Positions 11,258 to 24,564 are shown, counted from the first letter of the stretch. The stretch: 64,000 bases of DNA from Amphiscolops sp. MND2022 (GCA_964187785.1 OZ076421.1:8122001-8186000), one strand, 5' to 3'. The notes: a model not told the origin generated them from the sequence alone. Numbers and translations are program-made.

Positions 11258-11713
11258 TTAATTTTTGTAGAATGGGTGTTTATGTTTGAACTCAATAGGG
11301 TCAATTTGAGATTTGTAATTTTCAATTTTTTGGTGGTACCCAAAATCTTTGAGGACGTTATCAAGCGCGTCCATAGCTTCTGGAAACGCGGCGTGAAAGT
11401 ATGGATCTTTTTGGGTAAATTGAGAGTTTAACACAAAGACAGTGTCAGAAATCGTTTCGAAAACTGCAATTTGGGGTCCTTTAACATGAATGCGATAGTA
11501 TGGTTCAAACGGAATACCTTTTTGACCAAATTGAGAAACATTGTATAGAACTTTGAGGAAGGAACGGCGAGTAAAATGCGAAATTTTATTTTGGTTTGTT
11601 TCCAATGACAATGTGAAGGTCATTGTATGGAAGATGGCGGCTTTAAGTGTTTGAGATTTTGTAGGTGACCTGATAAGTTTTTTTTCTTTAGGTTCCAGAG
11701 AGGAGCCAACCAT
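11258..11713 (-). CDS. E4 accessory ORF, 151 aa, unknown function
   Basis: Open, globular-looking ORF, sense to the element, between env and the 3' LTR. Confidence 0.55.
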   Translation of the reverse strand: MVGSSLEPKEKKLIRSPTKSQTLKAAIFHTMTFTLSLETNQNKISHFTRRSFLKVLYNVSQFGQKGIPFEPYYRIHVKGPQIAVFETISDTVFVLNSQFTQKDPYFHAAFPEAMDALDNVLKDFGYHQKIENYKSQIDPIEFKHKHPFYKN

Positions 11714-11887
11714 AAGTTGAGAGAGTGAAACAGTTTAGCATAGGTTCAAGAAAGAAAAACATAAAAATGTTACTTTTATACATATATGTCACGAGTGTCC
11801 AATAATGTTCCAAAGGAGGCAAAGTTTAAGAAACTTGTATTACCTGAGTGTAGATTTATTGAAGATTAGTCGAGTTAAAAAGAGTAG

Positions 11888-12325
11888 TCATTGAGTCAAG
11901 AGCAGATTGTATTGCTTAAGATGATTATGTATACGTTGTGAATCTAAATCAAGAGATTGTAGGAGTTTATGTGTTCTGTCACGGATGCAGTGTACGAGAT
12001 ATGTGAGAGTGGTGATGAAAGAGTCAGACGGCTTTCGTTTGTATGGGTCTAACAGTTGTGTAATATCGCGAAGAGTACGATTATTAAGTATTGAAGAAAG
12101 TTTTTCAGAAGTATTGCGAATGGGTGATGTATGTTCAATAGGAGGAGGTTTATGTTCAGAATTGTTTTCCGTTTGTACCAAACAGAAAAAGACTTCAGCA
12201 GAAATGAAAAGTAGTTCGTTATAGTCGTGGAATTGTTTTGAAAGAGCAGTATAATCGGATGTATCTTTGTCATCTAACGGAGAAGAAACAACTTGCAACT
12301 GAGAGGAAGGAAGAGTCAGTTTCAT
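11888..12325 (-). CDS. E4 accessory ORF, 145 aa, helical, unknown function
   Basis: ORF track; same strand and A/C/T bias as the element. Confidence 0.5.
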   Translation of the reverse strand: MKLTLPSSQLQVVSSPLDDKDTSDYTALSKQFHDYNELLFISAEVFFCLVQTENNSEHKPPPIEHTSPIRNTSEKLSSILNNRTLRDITQLLDPYKRKPSDSFITTLTYLVHCIRDRTHKLLQSLDLDSQRIHNHLKQYNLLLTQ

Positions 12326-12329
12326 CCGT

Positions 12330-13240
12330 TTTTAAACCGTAGATTGATAGGCGGAGAAATTTAAACTTTAGGGTAAAGATTTTTACACCATTTTCAAGTC
12401 AATATTGTTGGGGAAACACTGTCTTTGAAGCAAAGGATGTAAAGAAATCTTGATTTTTGTAATAGAGCCCGAACGTAAAGTCAGTCGCATGCAAATAGAG
12501 AGAAGTCAATTGTGCTTTAAAAGTGAATGTGTTATGTGAGAGGATTGGTATTAAATGGTCATCGCGGTTTGTAGAAAGTGAAGATTTGGAAAGTAAAAGG
12601 AGAATATTTGGATAGGAGGTAGTGGTGTTCCATGTGAATCATCATGAGGAGGTTGATCTTTGGAGGAGGTGGTGTTATGTTCGGTTTGTTCAACTTTTCG
12701 GAGGCATGGGTGTGTAATTGATCAATAGATTCAAGAAAGAGGAAAGGCGAGTTGTTAAAGAGAGGGTGAGTAGTGAGATCAGAAGAAGATTGTTCTAATT
12801 GTGTTTGAAGATCAAGTTGTGCTGGTGTCATTTTGAAATTATTTTATAAAAGAGCAAAATTTACAATAACGAGTAGCTTTCTCAACTTTTTGCGGTGGAG
12901 GTGCCAAAACACGGACTTTGGGAGTTGAGTTTTGAGGGCAGTTAATAGTTATTGCAATGATGAGAGTTATTTCGCGCGGAGGATGGAGCTCAATTTTTTG
13001 AACATATTTTGAAGTTAAGTTGCGACAAAGAGATTTTTGTTTTTTTTTCAAGTAATCAAGCGTTCTGCACAAAAGTTGATGGCAGAATGACTGAGTTTAA
13101 ACAGATGGTTGGGGAAAATTGCTTTGGAATATCTTTTGACAGGGCTATCAATGTCAGTATTTACAGGAGTGTTATCGATGGGATAACTATCAGGATTTGT
13201 ATTAACAATTGAATAATTTGGTGATGTTGGGTTTTTTACT
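12330..13240 (-). pseudogene. Further decayed E4 accessory ORF(s)
   Basis: ORF pieces 12559-12831 and 12839-13072 plus interrupted frames. Confidence 0.35.
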
Positions 13241-13259
13241 AGTGAAGATGAAAGTTAGA

Positions 13260-15721
13260 TATGTGACTAGTTTGTGATGAAGGAAATGTTTTTGTTTTGG
13301 AAGTGATTTAAATCCTGCCATTTTGTTAGGTATATTTGGACGTTTTGTATAAAAAGGTGGAGATGAAATAACACCAGTGGGATTAGGGGGATGATTTGTT
13401 TGATCATCAGAAATAGAAAAATCATCTAATGGGTTGTCAGGAGGAGGTGATTTAGAAGCTTTAATGGCAAATTTGAGTCTTTTGTGATGAGTATCATTTA
13501 GGTCAATTACCATTTCAGCTGTAAGAATATCAAAGGAACTACGTGCTATAGAACTAAATATAGTAATGTTTTGTTTAAGATTGTAATTAATTTAAAGTGT
13601 TTTTATACAGTTTGATGATGAGAGTGATGGTTGCTTGTATGAATATAAATGTAGAAAAGTATATTCCATATTATGTTAGAATATAACATGGATATCCGAA
13701 TATTGCGATAAAAACTATCAGAAACAAAAGTAGGTGTAAAAAGAGGAGTAAGATTGATAAGTTTATCATATAAACCAATACGGAATGTATTATAAGCATT
13801 TTAATGAGGTGAATTTGCATCATAATCAGGCGTATTGGAAGAAATAGAGAATAACTAAGAGCTTTTCCTAAGAGTTGCAGTGTAGAGTCATGGTGTTTTG
13901 AAATTGAAATTCAATTCCAAAATTGTTCTAATACTGCGTTAGAGTATATTCCAAAATCTTGAGCTGTGAGAGTATTAGGTTCTATTGTAGTATTTATCTG
14001 AGAAGGTGTGAACAGGAGTGGTGGGTTTCTTTTATTAGGTTCTGGTCCTAGAATGCAAAAACCTTGATCATCAGAATCATTATCAAGTTCAATAATATTC
14101 TCAGGGTTTCTTATAACATGCAATGGGAGTAGCATAGTCATAGGTTTGTCTTATATTTTGGTCTACATACATAAGGGTGTCTGCAAATTGTATTGGTATA
14201 CAATCGAAGCACCGATCAAATTTGTACAAAGGGGAGAGAAAGTGTGGCAGTCATAAAGCCAAGCAGTTGAGCCTTCGACATTAAAGAAATTACTACGATT
14301 TCCTGTTGAGAGAAATCCAGCAAGTTGAGGATTTTGTACTGACATTGCAAGTATTGTAAGAAGTTGATTTCGTTCTAATGCACATAATGTATGAAGTGTG
14401 TTCAATTCTTGTACTTTCAATGAATGGAAAACATTGTTTATAGTGTAATCAATTTTTGTATTCATATGTGCGTCATAGTGAACTGTAGCAAAGTTATTTA
14501 AAACATTAAATGCAGAGAATATAAATTTGTTCATAGAATTGTTAAATACAATTTTGCCAGAGATATTTTCGTTAATTTCAGATCGAGGGTTTTGTTGTCC
14601 GTATGCATGTTGAAACCATCTGTATACGTTATAAAAAGGTCAGAGTATTGTGTAGAGTATAGAGGTTCAGGTTTACCAAAAACTGTTTGAGCATTTGGAA
14701 GTACTTCAAAACGTGAAATATTAGGATTGTGTGGGTTTTGGGTGTGTGGAGCATGTACATACGGATATGAGGTTCACACCAGATGTCATATCAGAATTCT
14801 TTGAATGTGAAGAACGTACAAAAGAATCTGTTTCGATCCAGTAGCGATCTTTAATTTCTGTCATTCGTCCAATAAGTCTTGTAATGTAAAGATTAAGCAA
14901 AAATCATCGCTAAACCAAACAAAAGTAAAAAGTTTTAGTGGTTGGTTTACACAAACCATCTGCAAAATAGCATGGAAGGATATGTCAGTCAATAATCATG
15001 ACGTTTCCAGTGTCACCATAGGTCAGTTTTATTTCAGAATTTTTTAATCACCAGCTAGCGAGGTTGACTTCAAATTGATGATGGACAGGAGAGTTGTGAT
15101 AAGGGTTACTGGACGGATCATAAATCCAATCTTTATATGCATGCAAAAAGTGAAGGTGCCTGTGTACATTTTATTTAATTGGTATACAATAAAAGGAGTT
15201 TGATATTGTTCTAACTTCTCTTTGGACTAATGATCTTCCAATAGCGTGCAAAATTTGTTGTAATGTAAATATATCAATATTTTGTTCTTTGTTCGATTAG
15301 GAAGTCTAATAATGTTTTTACATTCAAGAGGGTCAAGTGTAACAGGAAGTGGCATTGGGTTATAACTCTAGACGGTTCTATCAACACGTCGATATTCAAC
15401 GGAGCCTTGGAAACAAATTGTTCATTCCTATTTGGCGTAAGCAACACATTTGAAAGATTTATTTTGTTAAGCTTTTGCTCTAACATAGACTCGGGTTTTA
15501 ACATTAGCGTGTTGTATATTAGAAGGAGCTTCTCTGCATTGTTTGACATTTAACAGATTGAATTGTCTACGATTATGTTGTTTTTTGCAATCATAGTTAA
15601 AAAACCAGAAAGTTTCTAATATTTGGATCGTCTGAGCGTCTGAGGGGAGATAATTTTCTGTATTAGTTGGTGTAATAGGTATAGTGGATGTGAAAGTTAG
15701 AATGAATGAATGTAGTATCAA
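13260..15721 (-). pseudogene. env: Envelope glycoprotein remnant, gB/chuvirus-like class III fusion type
   Basis: Hydrophobic N-terminus; YDCKKQHNRRQFNLLNVKQC; LCALERNQLLTILAMSVQNPQLAGFLSTGNRSNFFNVEGSTAWLYDC; C-terminal TM (FIAIFGYPCYILT.YGIYFSTFIFIQATITLII); Pro-rich tail. Confidence 0.75.
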
Positions 15722-16899
15722 ATTGAAAATTTAGAGCATAGTATGAAAGTTAGAAGGTAGTTGTCAATTTAAGACCTGAGTATGGATTATAAAATACGAT
15801 TCAGCCATATCTTAAAGTTGGAAGTTGGGATCTCTTTCAAATTCACAATGAGTGACTTCGAAAGAAGCAGTAGTTTTATGTTTTATCTTTGAAACTTCAA
15901 ATACTGGAAGGAGTTTAAACCTTTTTGGTTTACACCTTGAAAATTTACTTAAATTTCAAATTTTAGTTCTAAGTTAGAAGTTTGGTGTCTTCTGAGTTCT
16001 GTTTATTTTCTTTTGTTCGATAGTGAATCGTTAGTTGTAATTAAGCGTTCTGTAAGAATTGGGAAGCGTAGATTGTTTTTTGGATCGTATATATTAGTGC
16101 CGTCAACTCGTATTTGATAGTATGCAAAGTTAGGAGGTCGAGAATGTTCTGCAGTGTAATATTCAGGTAGTCTAATATGTGGAGGAAGAGGAGTGGGGAT
16201 CAAAATTCAAAAATTAGATTTCCTGAAAGAAATGCGGTTTGAGCGTCAGTGGAAGGTAATGAACAGTATCCAGGCCAGATGTAAAATATGATTGTGGAAC
16301 ACATTCTGAAGAAGGTGTATAAGATGATAGAAGTTGTGCGTGTTGCCTAGGGAGTCTTGATGCAGAATTGCTTGAAAGAGCAGAAAAATTGAGTGTTGAA
16401 GTGTCGATACTAAGTTTTAGTGTAGGAAGATTTCTTTCTGAGGTTATATCTGTGATGAGGAACAAAAAGTGAATTGGTAGATTCCTGTGATGGTGTATAT
16501 TCAAAAGCGTTGTCCAAGAGGTTTGATAGTAGATGATTTTGTAAAAGGTTTTAGTGGAGGATATTTTTTGAAGTTGTTGTTCTGTTCAATTCTGATGGTA
16601 GATGTAATGATGGTGTATATTCAGTATCAAGGAAGTGTACAAGATTCGGTTGGGGTTGAAGTCTAACAGATTTGATAGATGTAGGTTGTTTATAATATAC
16701 GTATCGGTCAACAAATTCTGGGTTTGGTATATGTACTAAAGTTGATAAGTTGGTGATTGTTGAGATTGAGAACGAGGAGTAATTGGAATTTCAGGAACGA
16801 GTGGTCTACATATATGAGGTGACGATGTAGATGTTATAGAAGATGCATCAGTAAATTGTCATCTTTGTCTTTTGGAAGGAGTTACAGGTGTTACATCAC

Positions 16900-19800
16900 G
16901 AGTTTGAGTAGTAGTGGTGGTTTGAGATTCAGTATTAGAAGAAAGGCATGGAGCAGAAGGAGATGTATCAGAAGAAGAATACAGGATGATAGTTTGGTGA
17001 AATTAAGTTTAAGGTTGACTTTGTTTTTTGTTGAAAACTAAGTTCAGTTAGGGCTACGTCTCTGATGTTTCAGTGTTATCAATTTCCACTTAGCTCAGTG
17101 AGGTGAAAGATTTTCTAAAGTTTTGAAGGCGTCATGAAAAGACGATAATCTTTCTTTGGTTGTTGTCTCAAGTTATAATGAGTTTTAGTATTTCTGTCAA
17201 TTTTGGTTTCAGGTAAAAGAGGTTGATTTTGAGATGGGTGACGTGATTTGTCGAGAGATAACTTGCGGTGATGGGTTTTAATTATAGTTTTGGAAGGTGA
17301 GTTGTCATTCATTTTGGTGAGTGGAATTTTTTGAGAAACGATTAGTATTGAAATTTGGTTTCGAAGATGGTAATATGGGTTTTGACAGTGTAGAGGTAGT
17401 AAAATCAACTTGTGATGACTTTTTGTCAGATAGGGATTCAACAGAACTAAAAGAGACGGAATCACTATTTGCATATTTAATTGGTTTTGGAATGTCATGA
17501 TGAGTTGAGTCTGAAAAGCGCATGAAATTTCGAGAAGAAGGGTACAAAACTGGTTCTTTTGGATAACAAGGGATTAAGTGGTTTCTAAGAACGTGAAGCG
17601 TGGAACCATCTTGTTAAAGAAATTCATATGTAACATCAGTTAATCTTTTACGTATTTTGTATTGTCCAATCCGAAGGCGTTTAGGTTTGTCAGAAAAATG
17701 AACGTGAAAGAAATTACGTTTGGGTTCAGGAGTTCCAAGAGGAAGAGGAAGTGGTTTACCTTCATGATAAATTTTTGTAATGTATGCGTGAGAGTTATTG
17801 TTTCTAGGAGCATGTTCATATACTGTAGAATAAATTTGTAACAACGCGGTTTCTACTGCAAGAAGCTATTGCGGAATAGCTTTGGAAAAAGTTTTGTAAA
17901 AAAATGGGTTTGAATCCGTTTTATTATAATGTGAGTGTTCTGGAAGTTGGGAGCAATATTTTGAGATTCATATTTTTGACGTGTTTCGATTGAGGTTGAG
18001 ATCAAAAGTAAGTAGAATCCTTGGTCGTGTGTGAAAAACAATTTCATGAGGAGAAACATTGAGTTCTGAAAGGGGTTGTGAATTGTGTGCGTGAGCATGC
18101 ATGTGGACTTGAAATGCCCAGTCTTAGGAATGTTGTGGACGAACATACGGAGATGAGTTCCACGAGTTCTGTTCTGTACTTCTACAAGGCCATTTGCCCA
18201 AAGAAAATAGGCTGTTCTAGGAGAATGTTTGATTCCCAAGAGTGTAAAAAAATGTGCCATTTCATTATTTTTGTATTCTGGTCCGCGATCAGTAACAAGG
18301 TAAATAGGTGGACCAAATTTGGTAATCCAGAGATGTAAAAGAGATTTTACTGCAGTTTTAGCGTGATTTGATTTGATTGGAACTGTTACAACAAAATGGT
18401 TGAAAGCGTCAATGATAACGTGACTGTGAGATTTATGTTGTCAAGGAGGATTAATAGGTCCTTTTGTATCCATAGAGATTCTGTAATTAAAAAAGGAGCG
18501 TGTTCTGAGACGCATTGAAAAGGAGCAGTTTGTATTTTTATTTTGAAGTGTTTATTGCGTTGACATTCAAGACAGTTATGTATAAAAATGGATAACCACT
18601 TTTCAAGATAAGGTATATGCCAGTTTTGAGAAAAAGTATGATAAGTGATTTTGTTACCTGTATGGAGGTGTTCATGAAGTTTGTTAAAGACAGTTTTAAA
18701 CATTCGAAAAGGCAGACAGGTTTTATTAGTACTGTGTATTGTATCTGGAGTTGCATTGGGGTGTGTTTCAGAGGAAAATGTATTTTTTGTATAAAAGATA
18801 ATAAGATTGGTAGAATCATCAATCAAAAGTTGTGAAAACCGATTTTAGTTTGCATGTGGGAAAGGAATGCCAGTAATCAAGGGTGTAAGAAATTCAGGTT
18901 TGAAATTCAATACGAGATAGCCAAGAGTACACAGTTCTAAGAACAGGAACTTGAGTTTGTTGTTGTTGTTGAAGTTTTTTGAGATCTAACGTGTAGTCAT
19001 CTGGAAGGAAGAAGCCTTGGAAATAATTCTTGTATTTGAAGAAGGATGTATCATAAAGGGTATGATTTGTGTACAATGTGTAGGAAGTTTAGAATTTGTT
19101 TTACCATCTATTGCCGAGGTTTATTCTGATGTAAAAGTACACTTTGGTTTTTTATTGTAGAAAAATTTTTTTCGTGTAAAGAATTATCAGTAATAAAATT
19201 TGAGTTGGGTTTTGGGATTCTAGAATATATATGGTCTTCTTCGTCGCGTGTATTATCAGTATCATTAAGTAAAAAAGATTGTTGGTGAAATGGTTTATGA
19301 ATCATTTTTAGAAGTGTTTTAAATTTTGTTTGGAAGAGGTGACAGATTTGAAAGAAAATGAGGTTAAAGGTTTAACAATAATATCATTGCCTCTATCATT
19401 TATGCCTATGGAAAAATGGTCTGTACCATAATTGGCGAGTGTTGGATGAGAGGCATGTTTTTGATGTGGTAATACATCTTCATGTTTGATTGAATAATGT
19501 TCGGGTTTGAGTGTTATATCTTGTAGTATTGTAAAGTCAATTTAAGGTGGCCGTTGTTTATGTTTCAATTGGTATTTTGTAATTCAGGTTTTCTAAAAGA
19601 ACGATTTAACATATCGGCAACAGAATATTTTTGCCAGGAGTGTGAATAATTTTAAGTTTAGAGAATTTTGTTAGTTGCAGGTGAGCTCTGTAAAATCGTG
19701 GACTAAGATTCCCTTTTTCTATAAAACAATGTAAAAGAGGTTTATGATCAGTGAAGACGTGTATCGGATGTGGGGATCCAATAATGATGAATTCATAAAG

Positions 19801-20100
19801 TTGGAGAGCAGATACTATACCAAGGAGTTTACAGTCAAGATAGGAGAGTTTTTGTTCTTTTGAATTTAATATACGAGAGTTGTAAGGTATTACTTTCATT
19901 TTATTCTCTTAATTAAGTTGGAAAAGGACAGCAACTAATCCAATAAGTGAAGCGTCTACTGTAATAAAAACTGTGTGTTGTGTATTTGGAATTGTAAGTT
20001 CTGCTTCAGAAACAAGAATGGATTTTAATGTTTGAAAAAGACGTTCCTGTTCATCGGTCCAACTCCAAGATGTGTTTCCATGTAAAAGATCGTAAAATGG
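16900..20100 (-). pseudogene. pol: E4 pol remnant: RT connection, RNase H, integrase, Ser/Thr-rich tail; PR and most of RT missing
   Basis: TVDASLIG, VFTDHKPL, HEHLHTG...CLECQRNK, ANGLVEVQNR. Confidence 0.85.
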
Positions 20101-23100
20101 TTTGTGGTTGAATTGTATTAAGTTTATTTTTTGTATTGGAATGTGAGCGAGATCTAAAAAAATTTAGAATCTCCTAGTCTTGAAGGTGCTCTAAAAGAAG
20201 ATATGTATCTTGTAAAAATGTTATCTCTAGAATATGGGCGTGATCTATATCTGTGAAGAGAGTCACATCTATAAGGTGATTTGTTTGCTGATCTATAAGG
20301 AGAGCGATAAGATCGCGATTCTCTTTTGTAATTATCATTTCGTGAACGAGTGTATTGTGGAGGAGTAGTACTTTTGGCATAACAAAAACGATCTCTGGAT
20401 GTAGAGCGGTATCTGTTCTGTGAGTTGTTGTTTTTATTATAATAATTTATTCGTGATGTACTTTTACATCGATATCGTGTATCATATTGTTTTGTTCTAT
20501 CACAAGAGGGAGAACGTGAGCATTGTACAAATGATTTCTGAGATTTTAAATTAACATTAGCTTCTATTTTGTCTTCGTCATCTCGTTGTTTTTCGAAACA
20601 AGCTGAAATGGAATGGTTTGTTCTGTGACAATAAGAGCAATATTTTTGGTAGGCAGGTTTTGTTTTTGTTATTTGGGTCACGAGGTTGTGTAAACAAAAA
20701 TTATTCTTGTTGTGATGAATCAAGAGTTTGTGTTTGGAATTGTTTTGTAATGTTATTCACTTCAGGGGTAACAACATGTGTTCAAATTTTATCATTTGCT
20801 ATTATACTTTCAGCATCAACGAATGTTACTAGTGTATGAAAAGGAATAGAAGGTTCTAAAATAGTAGTGGATGTGGGTTTCACTTGCCATTTATTAGCAA
20901 AATCTTTGAGTTTTTTTGGAAGTTCTTTTGTGGAAATTTAAATACAATTCAAGTATTTTGTGGAATCATTTTCGTTGCAATAGTCTTTTTCAACTAGTTG
21001 TTGAACTTTAAGTGCAAAATGGCGAACTCCTTCATTGTCCTTTTTAACTAGATTAAGAGTTTCTAGTTGAGCCAAATAGGCGCTTTTCTGAGTGGAAAAT
21101 TTTTGAATAAACGATTGTACAAAAGCGTGCCAACCATGTTTATAGCTGCCGTTTGAACAAATGTACCTTCTGAGAGCTGTACCTGTTAGGGAACATTGTA
21201 TAAATGGGTATAAATACATGGGTGTATAAATTGTATAAATACATTCTTCTTGCGTGTCAAAATCTAAATTCATGGTCAGGTGTAGGTTGTAAACCTAGTG
21301 AAAATGTAATAAGTGCCTCAATAAGTTGTAAATATTCTTCTGATGTATAATTATGATCTGAACCATCAAAGGATTTGATAGGTTCAGAAAATGATGAGAA
21401 TATATGTCGGATTAGAACATGTAGATTGAGGTATTGTAGATGGAGGTACTGGATTGTAGGTAGGTGTTTTTGAGAGGTAGATGGGAATATATGTCGGATG
21501 TGAACATGTAAATTGAGGTATTGTAGATGGAGGTACTGGATTGTAGGTAGTTGGTTTTGAGAGGTTTGGAGGTATGTTTTGTGGGTTTGTAAACGGTGTG
21601 TATGTATATTAATGTGAGGGTTTGTTGTTTGACGTTTGAATTCTGTGTTTTGTGTCATATTTTGTGTTATAATGGATGACTGAGATGTCGAAAAGGGATT
21701 AAAATTGTTTTGTTGATTATTTGCTGTTAAATAGTGTTTTTTTGGGATTTGTGATTGGAAGACTATACGAAAGTGGTTCACTAAGAATGGTTTGTAATGG
21801 TCTAGAGAGATTCCTAGAATTATATGGTTGGGTAATATAATGGATTGAAGAGTTTTAACAGTTGAACCAGGTTGTTTATTTTGTGATTCTGTGTTTTGAG
21901 CTGAAATGTATGATAAAGTTTGTTGATAAAGGTTGTCTTGTTGAAGTAATTGTTTGAAATTGTTCTTCAGGTCGAGCTTGAGTAGAATATTGTGGCGGAC
22001 GAAGAAGTGCATCAACTTTCGAGGTGATGTTTGTTGCGTTTGAAATGGTTGAGCTACATTAGTGTTTGATATGGATAATATGAATGTATTATCTTGATTT
22101 GGGTCATTATTTGAGTTTTGAGTTATGTTTTGTACGGGAATTTGTAATACGTTTGAATCCTTAGTTATTGTAACACTTTGTGAATTATTGGTATTTCCAT
22201 CGGAGAGATCCGAAGCATTTTGTTTTGTAACTGTATCAGAAGTATCTGCTAAGTTCTATAATATAGTTAGGTCTTGTTGTTGATCGTGTGGTATTTTCTC
22301 TTGTCCTGGTGGTTGTTGGTTTTGGAATATGCCTGTATTGTCATCAGGATTAGGCTGTAAAATATTTTGGTTGGTGTCATGTTGTAAAAAATTTTGATCA
22401 TTTTCGTCAAATGAAGTTTCGGAAATGATCTTAGAAGTAGGTATGGTCTGTCGTCTGATGTTCCAGAATGTTCTACTATAAAATTATCATCAAGTGTTAT
22501 TAGTTCAAAATAAGGTGTATTGAATGATGTAATATTTCTATAGTGTAAATGTTTATTTTGATTCCTAATTATGAATGGTAAAAAATCAGTTTCTGTTAAT
22601 ACTTATGGAAAGTTGATATATGCGTTTTGATCTTGTTGTTCCCAAAGTAATTGATAATTGAATCGAAAACATTTTAAAAGAAATTGGGAAGAAAAGTTGA
22701 TTTGTGGGACTGTATCTCCGTTGAGAAAAAAGTTCTGGAAGAATTTGTATTGGAAATGTTTAATTTATAATATATCTTGTTGTAGCCAGTAGTGAGTATT
22801 GTCCTGTCGTTGTATCTTTGTTTCAAGATCTGGTACTTCAAAGTAATCATGTTTTTTTGAGACTTTCCAAGTGAGAAGGGAGATTTGGTGGTAACTCTAA
22901 ATTTTCATTGTGTTCTATAAATTTATCCATGTAAGTAATAAAAACATCTTGAATAGATAGCCTTATACTTTGTGGGTGGATTGTTTTGTAAAAAGTTCCT
23001 GTGTTTATACCATGGACTGGATTAAAAACAATTTGGAAAGGAGTTTGTTTGTGATGGTGTGTTTTCTAGTGTTTTGTATCGAAGCTAATATAGATAAGAG

Positions 23101-23300
23101 TCGCAATGTTCTCTAATCAAAGGAATAGTATGTTTAATATAGGCTTCTGTTTCAAAAGAAAGAGGATTTGTGTACTGAAAGATGATGTTATGTAAAAAAT
23201 GGTATTACATTTTGAGTAAAAGAACGTTTTTGACGTTGATCAGATGATAATAAAAACGGTGTAGGAAGCATTTATCTGATTCATATTGATCTATTCTATA
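20101..23300 (-). pseudogene. gag: E4 gag remnant with CCHC knuckle, Arg/Ser-rich tail and an 87-bp tandem duplication (21401-21574)
   Basis: FDGSDHNYTSEEYLQLIEA; CSYCHRTNHSISAC; RSTSRDR/RSPYRS repeats. Confidence 0.75.
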
Positions 23301-24060
23301 AGTTTATTGATTATTCACAGAAACTTGTTTGCCATAAAGGATATATGTTTTGGAATAACAGGTATTTGGTATTGAATTTAGGATTAAATGTACGTATTTG
23401 TTCTACAAAAATGATTTGAAGAAAAATCACAAGTACTATACAAAGAATTAGTGAGAGTTTGTTAGATATACATGAGATGAGTGTACGAAAGGTATGATAT
23501 ATATCAAGTAGTTCAAAAAGGGGTAGTATTATACTTGTAAGCATAAGGAAGTTCAGAGTTATATATGAAAAAAAAGTAAAATATGAAGTTAGAACTTTGG
23601 TATGAAAGCTACTAAAAATCTGTCAAAGAAAAGAGCAAGACCAACAAGAAGTCCAAAAGAGAACCAAAGACATATAATGAGTTTTACTATATCATCTGCT
23701 GAAGGCATTTACAGAAGTAAGTTTTTTCGTTATAATTGGGTTTGAACTGTATTATAATATAAAAAGATAGTTTTGAAGTGAAATATTTTTGTATGGAGTT
23801 TGAATCAAATATTTGTATGATTTTGGATAGTTTTGTATGATGTTAAATATTTGTATGATATGTGGGAATCCGTGAGATTGGTAAAGATATGTTGAAATTT
23901 GTTTGTAGTAAAGGGTGTGGCAGAGAAGGTTTGTACCCAAATAAGGTTAATTGGGAAAATTTGATTTTGTATTATACGTGTGCTAAATTCAAAGTTGATC
24001 CAAGCGGTTAGAACCAAAGTATTTTTACAAGCAGGAATCGCTGGATAGCACTGTAGAGAG

Positions 24061-24300
24061 ACCAACACGTATCACACTTCTGCGGTTGGAACGCAGAAAA
24101 GAATACCTACACGAATCACTGTTGTAGTGGTTGGAACGGAGAAGAAATTACCAAAACGTATCTCTTTTATGTAGTTGGAACGGAAACATTTAACTACCAA
24201 CACGAATCACACTGTGGTGGTTGGAATGGAGAGAACCTCAACTGACAGGAATTATGTTTAATGATGCAGTAAGAACTATACCAACACGAATAAACGTTGA
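24061..24300. repeat. Four to five degenerate ~45-bp leader repeats (ACCAACACG...GTTGGAA)
   Basis: Units begin near 24061, 24105, 24150, 24195 and 24280 (partial). Confidence 0.75.
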
Positions 24301-24564
24301 AGAAAATTGTTTGTAAGGTGAAGTTAAGATCGGTAGGTGATGAAAAGAGGAAGAGAGACGGTGTGTCGAACAAAGAGATATCTGATGAGGAAGTTGAGAA
24401 AAGATGTACAAGAGGAGTGAAATTGTGGTACCAAAGTAAAAAAGAAGAGAAACTTCGTGATCGCACAACTTGAGATCTTAAAGGTTTGTTTGATGTTTAG
24501 TTTTAGTTCTTTGATGGAGCACATAAGAAGTCTAGAAGTCTTAAGAGAATATCGTCTTGTTTTG

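Noticed and set aside
24061-24300. CRISPR-like appearance of the 45-bp repeats
   Set aside because: Eukaryotic retroelement context, degenerate repeats, related rather than unique spacers, no cas genes.
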